Of a DNA stretch of 45,772 bases, positions 1 through 9,500 are shown in pieces; position 1 is the first letter of the stretch, and each line of letters starts with the position of its first letter. Under the pieces are notes generated by a model that had not been told where the DNA came from, did no database searches, and saw nothing but the letters and a program-made list of their open reading frames with translations. The translations under genes were made by a program, and so were the position numbers. Source of the stretch: Chrysochromulina tobinii (lineage: Eukaryota); NCBI GenBank assembly GCA_001275005.1, contig JWZX01003354.1, forward strand, positions 1 through 45,772, read 5' to 3'.

Positions 1-170
1 CGGCAGCGCCAGCAGCGCCAGCAGCGCCAGTGGCTGCAGCAGAGGCAGCGGAGGCAGCAGAGGCAGCAGAGGCAGAGGAGGCAGCGGAGGCAGCGGAGGC
101 AAACGTGGCATCCAAGGCTCGCCGGCCACGGCCGCTTTGGCATCCAAGGCAAATGTGGCATCCACGGCAG
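1..170 (+). repeat. Low-complexity coding repeats: Gly/Ser/Arg codon runs and three copies of TGGCATCCA(A/C)GGC
   Basis: cagcagcgc and ggcagc(a/g)ga units over 1-100; tggcatccaaggc near 107 and 138, variant near 156. Confidence 0.7.
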
Positions 171-3100
171 GAGCATACCAACAGCCGGCCACGGTCGCAA
201 AGGCTACAAGCACTGCCACTGCCGCCAAGGCCAAAGCCCAGTGCAGACAGAATAAGCGGCCAGAGTGCACCATTCCGCAGTGCACAGAGGCCGCTCAGTT
301 CGACCACCCGGTCATCACAGGGGTGCGTCTTTGTGAGCGGCACCACAGGCTTGCCATGCGTGTGCCCACAATGTGCAAGTCGCCCTGCTCAGAGTTGCCC
401 TTGGGCTCTTCGAGGGTGTGCTGCCCGCAGGCCAAGATGGGCTGGGCATGCAACTCGCTTGGATGCCAAGTTGGGCTGCAGAGGGCATGCATTGTCTGTG
501 GTGAGGGCCTCGAGGACGAGCAGGAGCGTGATGATGATGGCTGCAGTGGCAGCAGCAGCGGCAACAGCAGCAGCGGCAGCGCCAGCTCCAGCGGCAGCGC
601 CAGCTCCAGCGGCAGCTCCAGCGGTAGCGAGGGCAGAGGCCGAGGTGGCGCAGATGGCGCAGATGGCGGACGCAGGCGCATGTTAGTGCCCTGTGCTAAG
701 CCTGGATGCTCGGCAGCACTGCACAATGAGTGCCGCCAGCTCCTGGCTGCACGGGTCAAGATCTATTGGGAGCCGGACCGCCAGTGGTACTGGGGCACCG
801 TCAACTGGAATGAGCGCGACGCCAAGGGCGACCTCCGAATCGACTATGATGATGGCACGCATAACTATGAGGCGCTGGGCACAGTGATGGGCGAGGAGGA
901 GGGGGTGGACGTCTCCTGGCTCGTGAGCCGCTCGTCAGGCCAGCTGCACTCCTCTATGGAGAGGGAGGCGTGCAGCTGCGCAATGGGCGTCGTGGTGGAC
1001 GAGGGGCGGCCGCGCGAACTCGAGGAGGACGCGCGGTATTGCGCCGTCTGTTGCACCTCCGACTACCGCTACCGGTCCGAGGGCGGCGATGTCAACCATC
1101 TTGTCTTCTGTGATGGCTGCGGCATGTGCGTGCACATGTTCTGCTACGGCATGAATGCAAGGGGCGACAGTTTTGGGCGCAAGGGCATTGACGACATCAA
1201 GTTCTACTGCGATCGCTGCGCGTTTGAGGGCGGACCTGACGCCCAGTGCACCCTCTGCCTGCACTCAGGCGGTGCCCTCCGCCGGAGGACCGACAAAAAG
1301 AGCTGGTACCACGTCGCGTGCGTGGAGTACAACAGCACATTCGAGTACCCGCTGGCGAAGCAGCACGATTCCTCACGGCTCTGCCTGCGCAACTCCAACC
1401 GTGGGCTCTGCCTTAAGCAGGCAGTTCCCACAAGTGCCTATAGTGCCCACAAGGCCAAGGTGCGCAACAGGCGGTGCGCCTTTTCCGGGTGCGAGCACCA
1501 TGGTCACACCGAGGGGCTGGTGCTGTGTGGAGGGCAGGGTCCTGGCTGCCAGCTGGCGACACACGTCTCGTGTGCGCAGCAGCTCGGCTCCGGCTGGCAC
1601 ATCAAGCTCAAGGAGTGTGAGGACAAGGTCGGCGTCGAGGTCCTCTGCTCGGCCTGCTCCGACTTCGTCCTCGACCTCTCAGGCCCGACCATCAGGTACC
1701 AGCGCACCACCTTCCCCGAGCTGCAGTTGAGCGTGGGCAAATACGTGACCGATGCCGAGTTCGCAGCCGCGCCTTGGACTTTTCAAGATTGGGCTCACGG
1801 CCCCTGCTTTGGATTCACGCGCGTGGGGCACCGTGGGGGTGGTCTTTGCGTCGGGGCGTGCGACTCTGATGACATGGCTCGGACACAGTGCGCAAGCTTC
1901 TGACTGGCACCCGTCGCCCGCCACCTGTCATGCGGCCACTCCTCCGGAACTCACCAACCAGCATGCCCGGCGTCCGCCTTCTTGTCACAGGTATCTGGCC
2001 ACGTTCGGCAATCTGGAAGTAGCGCCGCTCGACAACATCTCGCGCATGGGCACCGACGCGCGTGTCGCCCGTGCAGCCACGATCATCTTCTGCGGCTTTT
2101 GCTGCAAGCCGTTCTCGTGCGCGGGCCTAGGGAGGGGGTTTGAGGACGAGCGGTGGGGCGACAACTTCGATCTCGTGGTGCGCGCACTGTCAGAGCGCGA
2201 GGAGCGCGGGCTGTGGGACCAATGCCTCATCTGCGAGAATGTGCCCACGTTCCTCAACCACCTGAGTGTGGAGCACCTCGAGCAGCTCGGATGGTTCGTC
2301 AAGATCTTTGTCGTGGCCGGCTCGCACTTCCGATGCGCCTCCTCTCGCCTGCGGCTCGTCCTCGTCGCCTTCCGCGACAAGGCGGCACTCGCCCGGTTCA
2401 CGCCGCCGCCACCACAAGCAAACGCCCCGACGCCGCTGTGCACGGTGCTCAAGCCGTTCTCGATGGCCACTGGGCGCACCGCCGGCGAGAGCCTCTTCAT
2501 CGAGGCCAACAAGTTCAACATGGCCTCTGAGCGCTCGCACGTCGTCAGCCGCGGATACCTGCACGGCGCCCACTCGTTCACGAGCTCATACGGCAGCCTG
2601 CAGACGCCCGGTACGCTGCTGTGCGAGGCCGCAGAGTATTCGACACGCGAGACGCCGCTGAGCGTGGCCGAGATCAAGCATCTTAGCACGGGCGAGCTGC
2701 GCCGGCTGCATCCCACCGAGCTGCTTGCCGCCTTCTCGTTCAGCCAGCATGAACTCCCACAGCTCATGGGCTCCCTAGGCAGCCAGTACGCCGCGGAGGC
2801 CCCCTGATAGGGCTGCCTCAGCCCGCCCTCTTCCCTGATACGCAGCTCCCTCTTCCTGCCCGTTTCCGCTGTCTGCAGGTACACATCTGTTGCGCAGACG
2901 ATCTGCTTGAACGTCTTCGAAGCCTTCACGGCAGAAGCGCTCGCGGCGATGGAGAAGCCAGACATGCGGCAGGCGCTGTACGCGCGCCTTGACGGCATGG
3001 GCTGCACGACGCATCGGGGCAGCGACAGCGGCGCCGGCGCGGATGCGCTTCCAAGCTTTCTCGAGGCCCAGGTCTCCAAGTTGGGTGTGCCATTCTACAG

Positions 3101-3188
3101 GTACAGACCGCTGAGCGAGGCAGAGGTCGGCGCCGATGAGGATGAGTACGACAGAGATGAGCAGGCCAGAATCGCCGAGAATCGGTAG
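2..3188 (+). CDS. Tudor + PZP (PHD/Zn-knuckle/ePHD) chromatin reader fused to a C5-cytosine DNA methyltransferase-like domain; 5'-partial; exons <2-1887, 1991-2785, 2879-3188 (~996 aa in window)
   Basis: The frame of ORF 137..1903 is open back to base 2. Splicing at 1888-1990 gives ...CDSDDMARTQ|YLATFG (C5-MTase motif II/III, D.D..A...Y..NF). ORF 1752..2807 carries GFCCKPFSCAG (IV), GRGFEDER (V), ENV (VI), SSRLRLVLVAFR (VIII) and RRLHPTELLAAFSF (IX). Splicing at 2786-2878 gives SQ|YTSVAQTICLNVFEAF (X-like), in frame with ORF 2907..3188. Confidence 0.85.
540..670 (+). repeat. Low-complexity Ser/Gly linker (cagcggcagcgccagctc and ggcgcagat units)
   Basis: Encodes GSSSGNSSSGSASSSGSASSSG...GADGADG inside a PHD-like finger. 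Confidence 0.7.
752..880 (+). other. Tudor-like domain coding segment
   Basis: RVKIYWEPDRQWYWGTV...LRIDYDDG matches the Tudor/Agenet-type pattern (V.W..D..WY.G.V...I.YDDG) with aromatic-cage residues. Confidence 0.8.
1037..1660 (+). other. PZP module (PHD + Zn-knuckle + extended PHD) coding segment
   Basis: CAVC...NHLVFCDGCGMCVHMFCYG...FYCDRC (BRPF/JADE/AF10-type PHD), CTLCLHSGGALRR...WYHVAC (knuckle), CAFSGC...VLC...CQLATHVSCA...LCSAC (ePHD). Confidence 0.85.
1888..1990 (+). other. Spliceosomal intron 1 of the MTase gene (103 nt, phase 2)
   Basis: Donor CA|GTGCGC, pyrimidine-rich acceptor ccttcttgtcacAG|G. Removal skips the TGA at 1901 and joins two ORFs into a continuous MTase motif series. 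Confidence 0.85.
2786..2878 (+). other. Spliceosomal intron 2 of the MTase gene (93 nt, phase 2)
   Basis: Donor CA|GTACGC, long pyrimidine tract, acceptor gtctgcAG|G. Removal skips the TGA at 2805 and restores a motif X-like segment. Confidence 0.85.
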
Positions 3189-3500
3189 AAGCTCGAAGAG
3201 CTTGGCCTTGTTCTTTGAGGCAAACGATGGTCGGCGCAGCTGTTTGCAGGGGGATGAACGGCGCGCATCGGTCGGCCCATGGGTCGGGCGTCGCGTGATG
3301 CCGCGCGCTGCGCGGTGTCGTGTGTGCACGTGGTACGAGATTTCGTCGCACAGCGATCCAGGAGAGATCCTGATGAACAGTCGTTTAGAAGTGAAGTTAT
3401 GATAATTTTTACCGAGCGACCGAAGGATAAAAACAGGATGTTGCGTGTTGGCTCACAAAGGCCGCACACAGGGCCAGCTAGCTCTCCACGCTCTGGGTTG

Positions 3501-3506
3501 TTTATT
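3501..3506 (-). promoter_or_regulatory. Candidate polyadenylation signal (AATAAA) for the giant gene
   Basis: tttatt on + reads AATAAA on -, about 70 nt past the stop at 3577, in the AT-richer intergenic stretch between the convergent genes. Confidence 0.35.
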
Positions 3507-3576
3507 AACCTCATTACTTGGAAGTGTGATGCACCGGAGAAGTCCACAAAAAGCTTCACGCGCTCAGCTGTTCACG

Positions 3577-6500
3577 TCACGCCGCAGCGACGCCGCCGCT
3601 CCACGCAACAATGATCGCGGCGGTCAAGGCAAGCGCGACTGGCAGCAGCTCGCAGGCACTGCCACTGCCCCTCCTGGGCGCGCTCGACGAGCGGCCGATG
3701 CCGAAGATCACATCCTCATCCTCGTCAATGATTGGGGTGACGTCCTCGTCAAGCACGACGCAGAACCGGCCGCACCGCGCGGCGGCCGCGCCGTCTTCGT
3801 CGAGCGGGACGAACCGGTCGACGACGGGCGCCTCGACCAGCTCGGCGATGAGCGAAAAATTGGCGACGCGCCCGTCGAAGGCGCTGCCGATGGAGATGTA
3901 CCAGCCGCCGGCGGCTCGCATGTCCGCGGACGCGATGCCCATCGGCACGGTCACGGACGCTGCGGTCGCGTACGCGGGCGCGAGTGTGAACGGGTCGTAC
4001 GTGGTGAGCCACTGCATCTGACAGCGCCCGATGCACGACTCATCGGCACCGATGTCGTCCGGAGAGCGCGCGCACGTTTGATGCTTCAGATAGATGGCAG
4101 AGAGTGAGCCCTCATGCACCGTGATCTCAACGCGCAACGCGAGCGAACGTGTCAGTTCCGGCACCACAAAGTCACGATACACGCCACAGCACAGGTAGTT
4201 GTGTGGGATCGAGACTCGCGTGCCCAGCGCCATCTGCATCAGGCTCACATTGGATTGTCGCAGATTGGCCGTGAGCTGGAAACGGCGCTGCTGCAACGGT
4301 GGACTGCGCCCGTCGGCAAGCCATTGGCGCTCGAGCGTAACGGCAACGTACCAGACGGTGGGCTGATCCACCTCGCAGCCGGAGATGGCGAGCCGCTGCA
4401 ACGGCCAGCGGGCAACTGCATCGTACAAATCCTCCGTCGGCGGCGCGTCGCGCCGTATGTAGATCGCGGTCACGGGCACGTTGACCTGCGCGTCGAGCGT
4501 GCCGTCCGTCGTGCCGCTCGTGAGGATGCGATACTCGCGCCACTGGCCGTAGGCGAGGCAGCCCGGGCGCGCGAGACGGCTCACGAGGTCCGATGGGTCG
4601 AATCTCTCATGTGAGATCGTGATCACGTACCAGTGGCGAGGCGGCAGTGTGACGTTGTTCACGAGCGCCTCGGCGAAAACGCCGATGAACATGTCGCCCG
4701 TGCGCGTGCTGTCGGTGCAAAAGAGTCCTGTCGTCTGCTGCTGGTTGCGCAGACCAGCCTCCATCAGAATCTCGTACGCCGAGCTCGAGCCGGCGCTGAC
4801 TGCTGCAGAAGAGACGCACTGGCTACGGCGCGCGTACGCAGCCCCCACGATCCCATGCTCCGTCAGAATGAGCCTCTCGTTGACGCCGGGGGTGAGGCCG
4901 CGCCGGTTGGCGGCCGAGGCGGGGTAGTGGGCTGCGTCAGCATCAGCGTTGGCGGACGAGGTGGGGTAGTTGGCTGCGTCAGCATCATCAGACGAGGTAG
5001 GGTGGTTGGCAGCGTCCTCAACGAGACTGAGATCGCCTCCGAGATCGCCTCCGAGATCGCCTCCGAGATCGCCTCCGAGATCGCCTCCGAGATCGCCTCC
5101 GAGATCGCCTCCGAGATCGCTTCCTTGGGCTTCTCTCGAAGGCTCGTGCTCAGCGAGGCGCTTCTGCTGCTCGTCCCACCGGTCCCACTCCCCCCTCTCG
5201 CGCTCCTGCTCCGCGTCCAGCTCTGTGGCCGCCCCGCTCTCACTGCTGACCTCTTTCTCGACGCTGTCCTCGACGAGGAGAAGCCGGCGGCGCGCGGGCG
5301 GTGGGCGGACTGATGGCGGCGGCCTGGGCGGCTGGAAGGGCGGGGGCGGCGGCGGCGGCAGCAAGGGCGGCAAGGGGGGCGTCGGCGGCAGCAGTTCACG
5401 GTACTCGGGCGTCGCGCCTGGCGGAAATCCGCCGCGCCGGCCAAAAGTCATGTCGAGAATGTCGTACGTGCCCAGCGGAATGCGGAAGTAGTGCCAATCG
5501 CCGGCGGCGATCGGCGCCGTCAGCGAGAAGCCGTCGTCGATGGTATACGGGAGCGCAGTCATGCTGACTGAATAGCGGCATTGGTCGCCGCAGACGTCGA
5601 CGACGCAGCGCACGGACAGCCACATTCGGCGCGTCAACTTCTGGCAGCCCAAGCCACCCGCTACCGGTGCGTACCCGAGCGAGGGCGTCTCGAATACGGT
5701 GTACCCCTTGTCGAGCACGAGCGTTGCCGTGGGCGAGGCGGCCAAGTCATTCCGCACGCACCGGCAGCTCCGCCCGTTGCTGCCGACCGACACCCCATCG
5801 CCGCAGCCGGAGCTGACCGCGCAGCCAGAGTAGTGGATGGTGCTCAGGCTCATGTCTTCGTAGATTTGCATGTGGAGCGCGCCGTAGCGCGACTGCTGCA
5901 CGTTGAAGTCGACATCGACGCGCAGCACCGCCGCACTGGCCGCTGCACCCGGATCGAAGGTGTACCACTGCTCCGAAAAGTAGCGTAGCTGGCCCGTCCG
6001 AGTTTGGCCACTCACGAGCGGGAGCACCTCGCGGCTCTCAAGACTCGCCGAATTGGGCGCGAGGACGAGCCGGTTGGGCGGGTAGCCCTCCTGTTCAGTG
6101 GGGATCGTCTCGGCCGAGGTGAGGGCCACGCCGGGCACGGTGAGCGAGATCGTCTCGGGCACACGGATCTGAAAGCCGAGCGCCGTCGTACACGGCGGAG
6201 CAGTGCATGCGCCGCCGAGTGGGGGCAGTCGGATAGAGAGTCGATGCTGGCTGAGGACCGTGATGCCCGCGACCATCTCCGCCCTGCGCGCCGCGACGAC
6301 TGCATTCCATCCGGTGCACTCCGCTTTCTCGGAGCGAAGCCCGTCGATGAGCGCATTCTTGATGGGCTCCGTCATCGTCAGAGGCACCCCCGAGACGCGC
6401 CACGTGTCATTGCGGATGTCGAGGACGAGGACGAGAGGGCGGCCGGGGTTGACGGTGATGTTGTAGTCGGTGCCGTTGACCACGTCGATCGTTTCGACCA

Positions 6501-9500
6501 CGCGCCTTCGGAGCGTGCTCGCTGCGATCATCTCCGCCTGCGTGATCGGAGTGCCGCCGAGCGCCGGGTCGAGCAGCGCCATCTGCTGCGAGCTCTCCTC
6601 GAAAAAGTGGAAGAAGAGGTGCGCCGTGCCGGGCGCCGGCCGAATGGTGAGCACGTTGGAGGCCAGGATGGCTCTGTCGGTTAGGACCGCCTGGCGAGGA
6701 GCGACGATCTCGATGATCTCGGGGTAGGTGATGTCGTACTCGGGCACCGACGGCACTCGAATGATGAGCTCTTCGGAGTTGACCCGCTGGATCACAGTGC
6801 ACGCGAGTTGGTTGCACCGGGCGACGAGCGCGGGAGTGACCACGGTCTCCCAGCCGTCTCGCTCCGCTGGTCGTCCATCGGGGTCAGCACGCCGCCGCAG
6901 CCCACGGAGCAGCGCCTGACCTTGCTCCCATGCCGAAGGGGAACCGAGCTGTGGAATCCACGAATCTGAGCGTAGCTTGAGCCGGATGGTGAGCTCGTCG
7001 CGCTCGTCCCCGTAAAACTGCGGCCGCTGCAGGGCGGCCTCGGCGTTGTCGGTGACCAGGGTGCCGCCGGTGATGGAGAGCAGGCCTTTGGTCGCCTCGA
7101 TGCGGATTTGGGTGGGCGCGACGATCAGCTGGTTGGAGAAGACGGCCTCGGGCGGGATGTAGATGTTGATAATGTCGGGTGCGAAGATGTCGTATGTCGG
7201 GATGGCGGGGATCAGGATGCGCATCGTCGTGTCCGAATCGCGGAACATGAGGAGCGTGTTGGTCGGGCCCGTCAGCAACGGCCGCACTGTGTCCATCCAC
7301 CCGCCCTTGATGCAGACAGGCGGCACGGAGGGCGGCGGCGGCGGCGCCACCGCGCCGACTGGGCGTGGTGGCAGGGGTGGTGCGGAGGGCGGCGCTCGAG
7401 CAAACTCTTGGCATTGGTTGGTGTTGGAGGCATCGGCGAGGAATCCCGCGCCGAAGGCATTCGTGGCGGCCTGCGCTGCCGGGCTTCCGAGGTTCTCGAC
7501 CCACGTCTCATTGACGAGCGTGATGACTAGCGAAAGCTGATCGGCGACCCCGCGGTCGCGCATGATGTTCTCGTCGACGCCTTGCAGCGAGCGTGCCGAT
7601 GACGATCGCACGGCCCCTTTTCGGGAAGATCTTGATCGGCGGCATCGTGATCGGCTGGTCCGAGAGCACCGCCTCCCGCGGCGTGACGAGCGTGAGCGTC
7701 TCAGGAGTGCGCAGGTTGTACGTGAGGAGTTGAGGCAGCGTCAGATTGAGCGTGAAATCATCTACACGCCAAAGCACCGGCTGGAAGCGCCGGCGTTCGA
7801 TTAGGAGGGGACGCATCACAAAGTTCCAGCTGCCTGGGTCGACACGTTCACTCGTCGCGAAGAGCGCCTCGAGAAATTGGTAGCTTGCGTTCGCGTGATG
7901 ATCCACGTAGTACGCGCTCGGGTCGCCCGCGAGGCAGGGGCACCCCGGCGGCGGCCGTACTGGCGTCATGAGGCGCGGTCCGTTGGGCTTTGAGCCGGGG
8001 ATATTGCCCTCGTCGCAAGCGTTGCATGCAATGTTCGCGACCTCTGGCGACCATCGATCGCCCACGAGACTGAGCTCGAGTACGGTCGCGCCGAGCTGGA
8101 GGGTGGTTTCGGAGGGCGCGTCGACGATGGCGCCACGCGGCTCGAGGATGCCTGGATCGGCCCAGATGATAAGGGGCGGCATCGCGACGAGCGTGTGATT
8201 GGAGAGGATGGCCGTCGCCGGCAGCTTCACGGTGAGCGTCTCCGGGACCCAAATCGAATACGACGGGCTCGGTGCGATCGAGATGCGTACGGTGTTGAGA
8301 GCGCCCACGACGCCGCCCATGACGGCGCCTTCGACGTAGAACAGCTCGGGGTTCTGCGTGACTTTGTAGCCCTGAAACGCCGGCGGCAGCGGCGGCGGCG
8401 GCGGCGGCGGCAGCACGCGCAGCGCCGGCTGAACAACGAGGTTCCACCCTCGGGCGAGTAACGGCTGCTGCTCTTGCTCCGACACGTTGAGGTTGGCGTG
8501 CAGCCACGACGAGGCGACGAGGCCCGCGAGGACCATGTCGGCCTCGCCCAGCGGCACGCCACGCCTGCTCGCCAGGATGGGGATGTAGCTGTCGTTGCTC
8601 AGCTCGATGATCAGTTGTTGCGTGTATTTGCGCACCCCCCTCTCCGTGTTGTTGCACCCGAGGTTGATGCCGCCAGCTCTCGTCGGAGCCGGGGGCATCG
8701 CGGGCGGCGACGAAGGCGGCGGCGATAGGAAGACATTCTCGACAAAGGGCGGCGGCAGGGGCGGCGGCGGCGAGGGCACTACGAAGGCCGTGTAGTAGCC
8801 ACGCTCGCGGCAGACGAGTGAGCCGTCGAGCCTAGCTGTGCCCGGGACGACCTTGATGAACACTGGGGGATCGGCGATGATCTCCGCCTCCGCCAGCACA
8901 ACCTCCGGCGGGACGACCACCAGTAACGTCTCAGGCGCCTCGATGTCGTACAAGGGCGCCGCCGGCACCTCGAAGATCATCGTGTACTCGTCCACGCGGT
9001 ACACGGGCGGCGGGTTGAGCGCGAGCATCGCAGGGCGTACGATCCTCTCCCACGCATTCGCCTCCGAGCCCCAACGGCCGGTCGCGGTCAGCCCCTCGAT
9101 GAGCTTGCGCGTGAGGAGCACGTTTCCCCACAGCATATCGCCCTCCTCCTCGTGCTGGCCGACGCCCTCGAGCCACGTCTCGTTGCGCAGTGTCAGGTTG
9201 AACCTAATCGGCGCCTCGCGCAATCGAGTCTCGCGGATGCTGCTCGCATTCGTGCCGAGGATGGGCCCCGTGATGGTCGCAAAGCCGGGCATCGCCTGGA
9301 TGCGGATCGAGGGCGTCGCGACGATCGTCTGGTTCGAGGCGAGCGTGCCGACGGGGATGGTGGCCGTGATGGTCTCCGGTACGCTGATCTGGTAGTCACC
9401 GTTGAAGAACGGGATCCGCACGTGCAGCTCTTTGTCGGAGACGCGCCGCGCCATGGACGGTGCGAGTCTCGGGCGCACCACATTGTTCCAGCCGTACCGC

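Noticed and set aside
30..686. 218-aa Ala-rich ORF
   Set aside because: Alternate frame of the low-complexity region. The Cys/His motifs lie in the 137..1903 frame.
1752..2807. Stand-alone restriction-modification methylase or bacterial contamination
   Set aside because: The domain is interrupted by spliceosomal introns and fused to eukaryotic PHD/Tudor domains, and no endonuclease gene lies nearby.
1985..3079. 364-aa minus-strand ORF
   Set aside because: Antisense to the MTase exons, reads through an intron, and has no domain signature.
5029..5124. Regular short repeats as a possible CRISPR array
   Set aside because: Head-to-tail 12-mers with no spacers and no cas genes; it is a coding minisatellite.
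2..7611. Functional link between the MTase gene and the giant surface-protein gene
   Set aside because: Only convergent adjacency with a ~390-bp gap. Neighbourhood alone is not evidence of shared function in a eukaryote.
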